Below, piece after piece: positions 8,499-18,071 of a stretch of 64,000 bases of DNA. Below the pieces are notes generated by a model. The model worked only from the letters and a program-made list of their open reading frames with translations. It was not told where the DNA came from and made no database searches. The stretch is from the NCBI GenBank assembly GCA_045645205.1, contig JAZRIJ010000083.1:1343-65342 (forward strand). The letters run 5' to 3'. The position numbers were made by a program, and so were the translations under genes. The stretch's first letter is position 1, and each line of letters opens with the position of its first letter. The stretch comes from Eubacteriales bacterium (GTDB lineage: Bacteria > Bacillota > Clostridia > Oscillospirales > CAG-272).

Positions 8499-8981
8499 TT
8501 ATGCCTCTGTATATAATTCGTCGTAGTACCAGCGCATTGGGTTTTCGTATATATATTTCGCAATCTCATCATAATCCGCTTGACTACGAATAATGTGCTC
8601 ATGAAATGAAGTCTGAAATACTTTATCTAAAATTCCGTTCTTTTTACATTCTTTGGTTGTTAGCGATTTATACGCGCATACAATATCCATAATTGTAGGG
8701 CGGGGGCTTGCTCCCGCCGCTTTATTCTCCATAATAAAAACAATATGAATATGGTTTGGCATTATCACATATCGATCAATTTTCAGATAAGTGTATCTTT
8801 CCTCTAACAGCAACAATTGTTTTTCTGCAATCTTTCCGTATTTTGTATGTACAACACCATTTATTTCGGCGGGAGCAAGCCCCCGCCCTACAATGTACGA
8901 TAATATGCATCGTCTGTTTTGTGTACAAATCTCAAGCCTATGATGCTTCCTTTTCGGTAATTCTTTTTTCATTTTCCCCAT
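8499..8981 (-). CDS. Y1 (HUH) transposase-like protein, IS200/RayT (REP-associated tyrosine transposase)-like, possibly N-terminally shortened
   Basis: HUH motif in VIMPNHIHIVF and a C-terminal SFHEHIIRS..Y..IAKYIYENP block typical of the Y1_Tnp fold. No flanking IS ends are visible. Confidence 0.55.
   Translation of the reverse strand: MGKMKKELPKRKHHRLEICTQNRRCILSYIVGRGLAPAEINGVVHTKYGKIAEKQLLLLEERYTYLKIDRYVIMPNHIHIVFIMENKAAGASPRPTIMDIVCAYKSLTTKECKKNGILDKVFQTSFHEHIIRSQADYDEIAKYIYENPMRWYYDELYTEA
8695..8719. repeat. left arm of a 25-nt perfect inverted repeat (GC-rich, itself hairpin-forming)
   Basis: GTAGGGCGGGGGCTTGCTCCCGCCG is the exact reverse complement of 8867-8891. It lies inside the Y1 gene and encodes AAGASPRPT. 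Confidence 0.85.
8867..8891. repeat. right arm of the 25-nt perfect inverted repeat
   Basis: CGGCGGGAGCAAGCCCCCGCCCTAC is the exact reverse complement of 8695-8719 and encodes VGRGLAPAE. Confidence 0.85.
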
Positions 8982-9140
8982 CCTATTATATTATAAAATG
9001 GTCATCTCTGCCGAAATTTATAAACCTCCTTATGAGAAGCTATCAAATGGGTTCTTTTTTTAAATATGACAATTCTCTTTTTTGGTCAATACCAATAACT
9101 ATACAAGTGTTAATTATAAACCAGTGTGTTCGTTTATTTT

Positions 9141-10292
9141 TTATAATGCAACGCCCATAGCACCGTAAATATGGCCGCCCGAAAGCAAATGTTTCTTTAT
9201 AGCCGAAGCAAAACTGCTTTTTTCAGGAAGTTCTTCGAGAGGTGTATCGGGAGAACAGACAAAAACATACTCGAAAACATCATGTCCGTTGCTCTTCAAC
9301 GGAAATTTTTCAAATCTGTCCGCAAACTTTGTAAGGTTTGTTTCCTTGCCTATAATGGACTTTATTTGCGGATCGATAAGCCATGTCAAGCAGAAAAACG
9401 CCTTGAAGCCTCCAAAACACTGATTTACAATATCTCTGCCCCTTTCGGTATCATTTTCGCAGGACTCGGAATCAAGCTTTCCTCCGGTAGGAATATGGTA
9501 GTTTATTATTCTATCACCCTTCGTAAGAACCTTTTTCCATTCACTCTTTTCAAGTCTTCTCTTAACATTCTTTGCAAGACCATTTTCAATAAGATAACCC
9601 TCGTAATATGTATCGGTCTCAATTATATCTGCAAAAAAACTTCCATCTGTATCCTCACAGTCAATACTGCCGAGAACCTGTCCGCTTCTGTGGAAGGTTA
9701 CTCCATTAGGCAAAACAGCAAGCTTACCATTGTTTTCAAAAACATCAAAGTCCTTATTATATTTGCAAATTTCAAAATTAAATCTACCCACGCGGATAAT
9801 TTCACATCTGATAAATTTCAACATCCATGTAACATAACATGATATTCCATAACGGTGAAAAAGATCAACATAATCCTGTGTCTGATTTTCAAACATATTC
9901 AGCGTTGCATCAATAACATCTTCAGGCACTCCTTTTTCTCTCAAATCTTCAACCATCTTAGGAACACAGTGAAGTAGAGAAAACATAGGAAGAAAATCAT
10001 ATTTTTCATCCTCAAGCTTTTTATTGGGAGAGCAAAGTGCGTTTATTGCGGGCATATCCTTTGCTTTCATTGCTTCATAAAGAAAATAACAATAAATAAT
10101 GTTATCAGAATCTTTAACTACCTCGTCGCGTATTCTTGCAACATCATCTTTCATATAAGTAAAAATTGAGTATTTCTCAAAATTCATTATATCATTTTTA
10201 TTTTGCTCATACTGTAATTTTGCCCTGTCATAATATTCGGCAAACTTTTCTAAACGAGCTTCTATGTCATATTTTTTCAAAAAATTTTCCAT
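9141..10292 (-). CDS. hypothetical protein (possibly an N-acyltransferase-like two-domain protein)
   Basis: 383 aa. The start is set at the ATG preceded by GAGGTG. Functional assignment rests only on weak recollection of similar Clostridial proteins. Confidence 0.4.
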   Translation of the reverse strand: MENFLKKYDIEARLEKFAEYYDRAKLQYEQNKNDIMNFEKYSIFTYMKDDVARIRDEVVKDSDNIIYCYFLYEAMKAKDMPAINALCSPNKKLEDEKYDFLPMFSLLHCVPKMVEDLREKGVPEDVIDATLNMFENQTQDYVDLFHRYGISCYVTWMLKFIRCEIIRVGRFNFEICKYNKDFDVFENNGKLAVLPNGVTFHRSGQVLGSIDCEDTDGSFFADIIETDTYYEGYLIENGLAKNVKRRLEKSEWKKVLTKGDRIINYHIPTGGKLDSESCENDTERGRDIVNQCFGGFKAFFCLTWLIDPQIKSIIGKETNLTKFADRFEKFPLKSNGHDVFEYVFVCSPDTPLEELPEKSSFASAIKKHLLSGGHIYGAMGVAL

Positions 10293-10475
10293 AAAAAACA
10301 CCTCACAATATAATTATTATACATATTTATAATTATATTTTCAAGATATATACCAAAAAATATATTTTTATTGCAAACTTTTACTTGTTGTGTAACACTT
10401 ATTGACTTTAACATCAATATTTGATATACTTATAACATGTAAAATTAACAAGAATATAACAAGAGGATAAGTAAT

Positions 10476-11018
10476 ATGAAATGGCTTATAGCATCTGACA
10501 TTCACGGCTCTGCATACTACTGTGAAAAACTTCTTAAAGCATTCAGTGAAGAAAAAGCAGACAAGCTTTTGATACTTGGTGATGTGCTTTATCACGGACC
10601 GAGAAATGACCTTCCAAAAGAATACGCACCAAAAAAAGTTATTGAGCTTTTAAATAATTTGAAAAATAAAATAATGTGTGTCAGAGGAAACTGTGATACA
10701 GAAGTAGATCAGATGGTGCTGTCATTTCCTGTTCTTGCCGACTATGCAATACTGACAGTAGGCAAAAAAATGATTTATGCAACACACGGACATAAATACA
10801 ATCCCAATAATCTTCCCCCACTTCAAAAAGGTGATGCACTTCTCTTTGGACATATTCATGTTCCGAAATGCTATGAGGAAAACGGTATTCTTATTCTAAA
10901 TCCGGGATCGGTTTCTATTCCGAAAGAAAACTCAGATCATTCCTATATAGTGCTTGAGGACAACAAGCTGTGTTGGAAAAACCTTAACGGAAAAGAGTAT
11001 AATAGTTTTATTTTATAA
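10476..11018 (+). CDS. yfcE: YfcE-family metallophosphoesterase (phosphodiesterase)
   Basis: Calcineurin-like motifs SDIHGS, GDVLYHGPRN, VRGNCD, THGH and GHIH. Confidence 0.8.
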   Translation: MKWLIASDIHGSAYYCEKLLKAFSEEKADKLLILGDVLYHGPRNDLPKEYAPKKVIELLNNLKNKIMCVRGNCDTEVDQMVLSFPVLADYAILTVGKKMIYATHGHKYNPNNLPPLQKGDALLFGHIHVPKCYEENGILILNPGSVSIPKENSDHSYIVLEDNKLCWKNLNGKEYNSFIL

Positions 11019-11045
11019 TAATTTACCGAAAGGAACTATAGGTTT

Positions 11046-11963
11046 ATGAACATTCTTCACATGAAATATGCGGTGGAAGTTGCAAAAACAGGTTCAATAA
11101 ATAAGGCATCAGATACACTTTTTGTTGCTCAGCCTAACCTTAGCCGAGCGGTAAAAGAGCTTGAAGCCGACCTGGGCATAACCATATTTGACCGTTCCGC
11201 CAAGGGAATGGTACTGACTATCGAAGGCAGAGAGTTCATAAACTATGCAAAACAAATATTGCATCAAATCGACGAAGTTGAACATATTTATAAGTATGGT
11301 AAGATTGAAAAACAAAAGTTTTCGGTATCTGTTCCCCGCTCCGGATACATTTCCGAAGCATTTTCACGTTTTTCCAAGTATATTGATACCACAGATGCTG
11401 AAATATTTTACAAAGAAACAAACTCATGGCGCGCTATAAACAACATTTTAGCCTCCGACTATAATTTGGGTATTGTACGTTACGCAAAAGAGTACGATAA
11501 ATATTACAAGGTTATGCTTGAAGAAAAGGGGTTAATCGTTGAAGACATAACCGAGTACAGTTACAAGCTTGTTGTTAACAAAGAAAGCCCCCTTGCAAAT
11601 AAAGAAACAGTCATGCTCTCCGAGCTTTCTTCATTTATAGAAATAACCCACGCCGATTCCTCCATTCCTTCACTCCCATTTGCAAATACAAAAAAGAACG
11701 GGCTGAATGCGAGCGATGACAGACGCATATTTGTTTTTGAAAGAGCAAGCCAATTTGATCTCTTGTCGGAAAATAACCAAACTTTTATGTGGGTCTCACC
11801 AGTACCCGAAAAACTGCTTAAATGTTATGGGTTAGTACAGAAAAAATGCGATGAAAGTAAGACTGTTTACAAAGATGTGCTTATATATAAAAAAGATTAT
11901 AAACTATCAAAATTGGATATGCTTTTTATTGAAGAACTTCAGAAGACAAAACCCATTCAATAA
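11046..11963 (+). CDS. LysR-family transcriptional regulator
   Basis: N-terminal HTH (MKYAVEVAKTGSINKASDTLFVAQPNLSRAVKELEADLG) plus a ~200-aa substrate-binding domain. Confidence 0.8.
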   Translation: MNILHMKYAVEVAKTGSINKASDTLFVAQPNLSRAVKELEADLGITIFDRSAKGMVLTIEGREFINYAKQILHQIDEVEHIYKYGKIEKQKFSVSVPRSGYISEAFSRFSKYIDTTDAEIFYKETNSWRAINNILASDYNLGIVRYAKEYDKYYKVMLEEKGLIVEDITEYSYKLVVNKESPLANKETVMLSELSSFIEITHADSSIPSLPFANTKKNGLNASDDRRIFVFERASQFDLLSENNQTFMWVSPVPEKLLKCYGLVQKKCDESKTVYKDVLIYKKDYKLSKLDMLFIEELQKTKPIQ

Positions 11964-12228
11964 AAAATAAGTATTAAGTACCTTTATATATAATACATAA
12001 TAAATAACAGATATATCAATAAGTATAATACAGATATACCTCTTTTGTTATTCCCAAAAAATAAGATATGTGTTATAATAATTTTAATGAAAAAACTTTT
12101 ATATGTTAATGTTATAATGCTTACATTGACTTTTGATAAAGGATAATAAATAATACCATTTTGTAGGAAATCATGTTTAAATAACAGAATTTTTGTATTT
12201 TGCGCAGTATAAAAGCGAGGTAATTATT

Positions 12229-12849
12229 ATGAGAAAAACTGTATCACGCGCTACATTAGGGAGAGTTCCTGTTTATTTAAAATATTTGAAATCTTTGCCT
12301 GAAAACGAAAAGTTTATATCAGCAACAAAAATTGCAACAAATCTTAAGCTGGGCGACGTATTGGTAAGAAAAGAGCTCCAAATGATAAGTGGTGACGGTA
12401 AGCCCAAAGTCGGATATGAAAAAAATGATCTTATGGAGAAACTCGGTAAATATCTTGAAAATATAGACAAAAGAAACCACGCTGTTATTGTAGGCGCCGG
12501 TAAGCTTGGCTGCGCACTGCTGGGTTATCCCGGTTTCCGTGATTTTGGTGTAGATATTGTCGCGGCATTTGATAATGATAAAACAAAAATCGGAACAATT
12601 GTAGGTGAAAAGCAGATATATCCGATAAACGATTTCAAGAAGTTTTGTCTTGAAAACAATGTCAATATTGGTATAATTACCGTACCCGGAGCTTCTGCTC
12701 AATGTGTGTGCGATGAGATGGTTGAATGTGGTATAAAGGCAATTTGGAACTTTGGTCCGGCATGTCTCGATGTTCCGGAAAACATTATAGTTCAGCAAGA
12801 AAACCTCGCTCTTTCTCTTGCATATCTGAACGTTTTAATAAAAGACTAA
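12229..12849 (+). CDS. rex: redox-sensing transcriptional repressor Rex (canonical)
   Basis: Winged helix RATLGRVPVYLKYLKSL and an intact Rossmann motif VIVGAGKLGCALLGY followed by AAFDND. The start is moved to the ATG at 12229, after GCGAGG. Confidence 0.85.
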   Translation: MRKTVSRATLGRVPVYLKYLKSLPENEKFISATKIATNLKLGDVLVRKELQMISGDGKPKVGYEKNDLMEKLGKYLENIDKRNHAVIVGAGKLGCALLGYPGFRDFGVDIVAAFDNDKTKIGTIVGEKQIYPINDFKKFCLENNVNIGIITVPGASAQCVCDEMVECGIKAIWNFGPACLDVPENIIVQQENLALSLAYLNVLIKD

Positions 12850-12962
12850 ACACAAAAACTAAATGGACTCGTATGGTCCATTTTTTACTTTGTTTAAAAG
12901 ACTTGTAATTATTTTTTGTTTGATGTAGAATACAGATAAGAAATCTTTTCAATGGAGATAAT

Positions 12963-13904
12963 ATGAAAAATAAAAACCCTTTTGAAAATTCTGATACAAA
13001 CAAACGCTATTATACCTATGATTGTTACTTAAAACGCCGCTTTGGTAAAAAGTGTGTAAAAATTGCGCTTGACGGAGGCTTTACATGTCCTAATATTGAC
13101 GGTACAATATCCTACGGCGGTTGTATTTACTGTTCAGAAAAAGGTAGCGGCGACCACACTCCTCCCTGCAATATTCCATTAACCGAGCAGTTTGAAATAG
13201 GTAAAAAAATTGTAGGCAATAAATGGTCTGACGTTTTCTATATCCCCTATTTTCAAGCACACACAAATACCTATGCTCCTCTTAAAATACTTAAATCAAA
13301 GTTTGAAAAAGCTCTATTATTGCCTGATACAGTGGGACTAAGTATATCTACTCGACCGGACTGTTTGGATGATAATGTTGTTAGCTACCTTCAAGAGCTG
13401 TCAACACGAACATATCTAACTGTTGAGCTTGGGCTGCAGTCAGCCAATGATAAGACTCTTAAGCTTATTAACCGAGGTCATACCTACCGTCAGTTTGTAA
13501 ATGGCTACAACAAACTTAAAGAAAAAGGCATCAACACATGCATACATATAATAAACGGACTTCCCGGCGAGGATTATAATGATATGATGCATACAGCAAA
13601 GTGTGTTGCAGACCTTAATCCCCATGCATTGAAAATACATTTACTTTATATATTGAAAAATACCCCCTTGTCAGATATGTACGAAAGGGGAGAATTTAAT
13701 GCGCTTGAACGCGATGAATATATAAAAATAGTGTGCGATCAGTTAGAGATTATGCCTAAAAATATTGTTATTGAAAGGGTAACGGGAGACGGAGTTAAGA
13801 ATGATCTTATAGCTCCCTTGTGGAGTACAAAAAAAACCATAGTAACAAATGAAATTGACAAAGAATTTGTAAAACGAGGTACTTTTCAGGGTTTTTTGTG
13901 CTAA
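12963..13904 (+). CDS. radical SAM protein, TIGR01212/YhcC-like family
   Basis: Cys cluster CPNIDGTISYGGCIYCS and an elongator-type radical SAM core. Confidence 0.75.
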   Translation: MKNKNPFENSDTNKRYYTYDCYLKRRFGKKCVKIALDGGFTCPNIDGTISYGGCIYCSEKGSGDHTPPCNIPLTEQFEIGKKIVGNKWSDVFYIPYFQAHTNTYAPLKILKSKFEKALLLPDTVGLSISTRPDCLDDNVVSYLQELSTRTYLTVELGLQSANDKTLKLINRGHTYRQFVNGYNKLKEKGINTCIHIINGLPGEDYNDMMHTAKCVADLNPHALKIHLLYILKNTPLSDMYERGEFNALERDEYIKIVCDQLEIMPKNIVIERVTGDGVKNDLIAPLWSTKKTIVTNEIDKEFVKRGTFQGFLC

Positions 13905-14091
13905 CTACCTAAAATTTCCATTCATATTTTTACATAATCGTGCCCATGAACTTTTGTAATACTACTTGCATATGAGAGATTTTTGGTGTATAATAAATAA
14001 AAGACAGCAATCTTTTTGAATTTATTTGTATATTTTTCATAACCGCTTTATTGTTTTTAAAGGGGAAAATGAATAGAAGGAGATACTCATT

Positions 14092-16155
14092 ATGGGAAAA
14101 GTTCTTACACAAGACATTAGAAACATTGTATTACTGGGGCACGGCGGATGCGGTAAAACATCAATTGCCGAGGCTGCATTGTATTTGACAAAGGCGACCG
14201 ACAGATTGGGTAATCCATCTGCTGGAAATACTGTCTGCGACTATGACCCTGAAGAAATAAAAAGAGGATTTTCACTTTCCGCTTCTTTGGCGCCTGTTAT
14301 GTGGAATGACACAAAGATAAATTTTATTGATACCCCCGGATACCTCGATTTTGAGGGTGAAGTTGTTCAGGCTATCCGCGTTGCTGACAGTGCGCTTATT
14401 TCCGTTGATGCAAAAGCAGGTATTGAAGTTGGTACAAAGCTTGCTTGGGATAACGCGACAGATGCGGGTATTCCAAAAGCATTTTTTATAAACAAGTTTG
14501 ATGACAAGGAAGCAAGCTTCGACAAGGTTTTTGAACAGCTCAAAGAAGCTTTCGGTACATCTGTTTGTCCTCTTATAATTCCTTGTGAAACAAATTCAAA
14601 CAGATTTGTTCACTTGGCTACAATGAAAGAGCTTATCTATGAAGCTGACGGAAGCTTTACGGAATTTGATATATCTGCCGAGGACCGTGCTGTTGCCGAA
14701 AAGTACCACGAAGCTCTTATGGAATCAGTTGCCGAAACAAGCGACGAGCTTATGGAAAAATATTTTGCAGGCGAACACATTTCAAAGGCAGAGGTTTTGG
14801 AAGCTTTGAAGAGCGGCCTTCTTAACGGTACTATTGCGCCTATTCTCTGCGGAAGTGCTGTTAAGCTTTGGGGTATTGCATCACTTCTCAACGTTTCTGT
14901 TGCATCCTTCCCCGCATTTACAAACCATGAAACAGAGAGCGTTGTTGAAAACGGAGAAATTACAGAAAAAGAAATTGAAGTTGACGGCACGACAAGTATA
15001 TTTGTATTCAAGACAGTATCCGACCCATTCGTAGGCAAGATGTCTTTCTTCAAGGTTATGAACGGTGAACTGCGCCGTGATATGACTCTTAAAAATATGA
15101 GAAATGAAAACAGCGAAAAATTTGCGCACTTCTATATAATGAGAGGAAAGAAGCAGACTGAGGTCGACACACTTTGCTGCGGCGATATAGGTATGATACC
15201 CAAGCTTTCGGGCACTGATACAAACGACACTCTTTCTACAGAAAATGTATTGCCCTACGCTCCCACAGTATATCCCGAATCTGTATTTACAATGGCAGTT
15301 TCTCCAAAGGCTAAGGGCGATGAAGATAAGATTTCCCAGGGAATAAGCAGACTCCTTGAGGAAGATAACACTCTTAAATATGAAAATAACACCGAAGTTA
15401 AGCAGATACTTATATCAGGTCTCGGAGATATTCACCTTGATGTTGTTATTTCAAAGCTTAAGTCCAGATACAACACCGCAGTTGAAATGTCAAAGCCGAA
15501 GATTGCTTACAGAGAAACAATCAAGAAAAAGGTTCAAGTTGAAGGTAAGCATAAGAAGCAGTCAGGCGGAAGCGGCCAGTACGGACACGTTAAGATTACA
15601 TTTGCTCCCGGAGAGGATTTGGGTCTTACATTTACACAGAGCGTTGTGGGCGGAAGCGTTCCCAAGAACTACTATTCCGCAGTTGAAAAAGGTTTGCTTG
15701 AGGCTATGCAAAAAGGCGTCCTTGCAGGCTTCCCCGTAGTAAATCTTGCGGCTGACCTGTTTGACGGCTCTTATCACCCCGTTGACTCAAACGAAATTTC
15801 CTTTAAACTTGCGGCTATCCTTGCTTACAAGGCAGGTCTTGCTCAGGCAGCTCCGGTTATTCTCGAACCCGTAGGTCTTCTTAAGGTAAGAATACCCACA
15901 GATATGATGGGTGATGTTATCGGTGATATAAACAAGAGACGAGGCAGAATCCTCGGTATGAATGCCGACGAGCACAAGAAAGGATATTCCATTATTGAAG
16001 CGGAAGTTCCGAAATCAGAAATGCTCGACTACGCTATTATCATGCGCGCTATCTCCGGCGGTCTCGGAAGATACACATTTGAATTTGTACGCTACGAAGA
16101 AGTTCCCGGAATGGTTTCCCAGAAGATAATCGAAGCGGCTCAAAAAGCAGAATAA
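14092..16155 (+). CDS. elongation factor G family GTPase (EF-G paralog, EF-G2-like)
   Basis: 687 aa. G1 motif GHGGCGKTS, DTPGYLDF, NKFD, and EF-G domain IV/V blocks (HKKQSGGSGQYGHV). Confidence 0.85.
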   Translation: MGKVLTQDIRNIVLLGHGGCGKTSIAEAALYLTKATDRLGNPSAGNTVCDYDPEEIKRGFSLSASLAPVMWNDTKINFIDTPGYLDFEGEVVQAIRVADSALISVDAKAGIEVGTKLAWDNATDAGIPKAFFINKFDDKEASFDKVFEQLKEAFGTSVCPLIIPCETNSNRFVHLATMKELIYEADGSFTEFDISAEDRAVAEKYHEALMESVAETSDELMEKYFAGEHISKAEVLEALKSGLLNGTIAPILCGSAVKLWGIASLLNVSVASFPAFTNHETESVVENGEITEKEIEVDGTTSIFVFKTVSDPFVGKMSFFKVMNGELRRDMTLKNMRNENSEKFAHFYIMRGKKQTEVDTLCCGDIGMIPKLSGTDTNDTLSTENVLPYAPTVYPESVFTMAVSPKAKGDEDKISQGISRLLEEDNTLKYENNTEVKQILISGLGDIHLDVVISKLKSRYNTAVEMSKPKIAYRETIKKKVQVEGKHKKQSGGSGQYGHVKITFAPGEDLGLTFTQSVVGGSVPKNYYSAVEKGLLEAMQKGVLAGFPVVNLAADLFDGSYHPVDSNEISFKLAAILAYKAGLAQAAPVILEPVGLLKVRIPTDMMGDVIGDINKRRGRILGMNADEHKKGYSIIEAEVPKSEMLDYAIIMRAISGGLGRYTFEFVRYEEVPGMVSQKIIEAAQKAE

Positions 16156-16162
16156 AATATAA

Positions 16163-16205
16163 CCCCTTGAAAAAGAAATGTAAAAATCTTTTTCAAGGGG
16201 GTTTT
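16163..16205 (+). terminator. intrinsic terminator after the EF-G paralog
   Basis: 13-bp stem CCCCTTGAAAAAG / CTTTTTCAAGGGG followed by GTTTT. Confidence 0.7.
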
Positions 16206-16253
16206 AAATTCTATATTATAACGGGAGGGGAAAATCCCCTCCCGAAATTATTT

Positions 16254-17477
16254 TTATTTTACAATAGCCTTATGGAAGATCTTCTTACCTTTACGTATCT
16301 TTGCGCCTGCTTTAAGTGCATCTTCTGATACAATAACATCCATAGTAGCAACCTTTTCTCCGTCAACAGATACGCCGCCCTGCTGAATAAGGCGTTTTGC
16401 TTCGCCTCGGCTTGCGGCAAGACCGCATACCATCATAAGATCAACTATATTCATTCCGTTTTCTGCTTCAGATGCATTGATTTCAGTGGTAGGCATATTG
16501 GAATCATCTCCGCCGTTGCCCGAGAACAATGAACGTGAAGCTTCTCTTGCCTTTTCTGCTTCTTCGTTACCGTGAACAAGTGCTGTAAGCTCAAATGCAA
16601 GAACATCTTTTTTCTCGTTTATGCGGCTGTCTTCCCATTTTTCCATTTCTTCAATTTCTTCAAGGGAAAGGAAAGTGAGCATTTTTATGCATTTCATAAC
16701 GTCGGCATCACCGACATTTCTCCAGTACTGATAAAATTCAAAGGGAGATGTCTTGTTGGGATCAAGCCAAACAGCGTTGCCTGCCGTCTTACCCATCTTT
16801 TTGCCCTGTGAGTCGGTAAGGAGAGTTATAGTCATAGCGTTTGCATCCTTGCCAAGCTTACGTCTGATAAGCTCCGTACCGCCAAGCATATTTGACCACT
16901 GATCGTCGCCGCCGAACTGGAGGTTACAGTCAAAGTTCTTGTAGAGATAGTAGAAGTCATACGACTGCATGATCATATAGTTAAATTCAAGGAAAGAAAG
17001 TCCTTTTTCCATTCTTTGCTTGTAACATTCTGCTCTAAGCATATTGTTTACGGAAAAGCAAGCGCCTACCTCGCGAAGCATTTCAACATAGTTCAGCTTG
17101 AGAAGCCAATCGGCGTTGTTTATCATCATTGCCTTGCCTTCGCCAAACTCAATAAATCTCTCCATCTGTCTCTTAAAGCACTCTGCATTGTGGTCTATAT
17201 CCTCTTTTGTGAGCATCTTTCTCATATCGGTACGTCCGGAAGGGTCTCCTATCATTGTTGTACCGCCGCCTATAAGCGCAATAGGCGTATTACCTGCCAT
17301 CTGCAAGCGCTTCATAAGAGTAAGAGCCATAAAATGCCCTGCAGTAAGACTGTCTGCCGTACAGTCAAAGCCAATGTAAAACTTAGCTTTTCCATTATTC
17401 ACAAGCTCGCGAATCTGCGGCTCATCGGTTACCTGCGCAATAAGCCCTCTCGCTTGCAATTCTTCATAAATTCCCAT
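16254..17477 (-). CDS. tyrS: tyrosine--tRNA ligase
   Basis: 407 aa. HIGH-type motif (LTAGHFMAL), KMSKS-type motif (KKMGKTAG) and a C-terminal S4 domain. Confidence 0.95.
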   Translation of the reverse strand: MGIYEELQARGLIAQVTDEPQIRELVNNGKAKFYIGFDCTADSLTAGHFMALTLMKRLQMAGNTPIALIGGGTTMIGDPSGRTDMRKMLTKEDIDHNAECFKRQMERFIEFGEGKAMMINNADWLLKLNYVEMLREVGACFSVNNMLRAECYKQRMEKGLSFLEFNYMIMQSYDFYYLYKNFDCNLQFGGDDQWSNMLGGTELIRRKLGKDANAMTITLLTDSQGKKMGKTAGNAVWLDPNKTSPFEFYQYWRNVGDADVMKCIKMLTFLSLEEIEEMEKWEDSRINEKKDVLAFELTALVHGNEEAEKAREASRSLFSGNGGDDSNMPTTEINASEAENGMNIVDLMMVCGLAASRGEAKRLIQQGGVSVDGEKVATMDVIVSEDALKAGAKIRKGKKIFHKAIVK

Positions 17478-17525
17478 GTCTGTCTTCCTCCAAAATAATA
17501 AGACTAAATATTCAAATGTAAATTC

Positions 17526-18071
17526 TCAATAAGTCGGACTGTTCAAATACCATTTTCCTTCATCTAAAATAAGAGTTATCTCGGTTTCTCCGCCGTCCTC
17601 GTACTCGGCTGTAACAACAACCATACCTCTGTTCTGCTTTTTGATAACAGCGCTGTCGATTTTGATGTTACCCTGCACATTAAACCCCTTATTCAACTTA
17701 TCCACCTTAAGAACTCCGTTTATTTCCAAGTATCGCGGGTCTATATCATCACTGTCGGTAAAGATAGCATCCTTTATCTCTTCAAGATAGCCGTCTGAAA
17801 ATACTTCCGATGCCTTATTTAAGATCTCATCGATAGTCTGATATTTGCTTTCCTCTGTTACTGTCATGTATCGGTTGTTCGTTCCATCGTCGGTAAAGGG
17901 CAGTCCCTCTCCCCAAAAGATCTCGTTCATCTCGTAGGATAGCGGCAACAGTCTTTCAAGCTCGGCTCTGACCGTTTCGTCTGTCATACTTCCTCCGCAG
18001 GAGCAAAGTATCACCGTCATAACAAGGCAAAGGATAAACAGTATTTTATTCTTCAGCTTTCGAAGTTTCAT
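17526..18071 (-). CDS. hypothetical lipoprotein
   Basis: Signal peptide with lipobox [14 protein letters not shown]. The start is placed at MKLRKL, and its 5' end overlaps the gyrA 3' end. Confidence 0.5.
   Translation of the reverse strand: MKLRKLKNKILFILCLVMTVILCSCGGSMTDETVRAELERLLPLSYEMNEIFWGEGLPFTDDGTNNRYMTVTEESKYQTIDEILNKASEVFSDGYLEEIKDAIFTDSDDIDPRYLEINGVLKVDKLNKGFNVQGNIKIDSAVIKKQNRGMVVVTAEYEDGGETEITLILDEGKWYLNSPTY

Noticed and set aside
9171-9842. Antisense ORFs of 150-225 aa inside real genes. The same applies to 53080-53730 in rny, 40222-40725 in mnmE, 46035-46514 in the kinase, 46935-47474 in gnd and 17016-17498 in tyrS.
   Set aside because: Each is entirely nested antisense to a gene with strong motif support. 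They have skewed, low-complexity composition and no ribosome-binding site.
17478-17525. A T-box leader upstream of tyrS.
   Set aside because: Only 48 nt separate tyrS from the upstream lipoprotein gene, too short for a T-box. No specifier or T-box sequence is visible.
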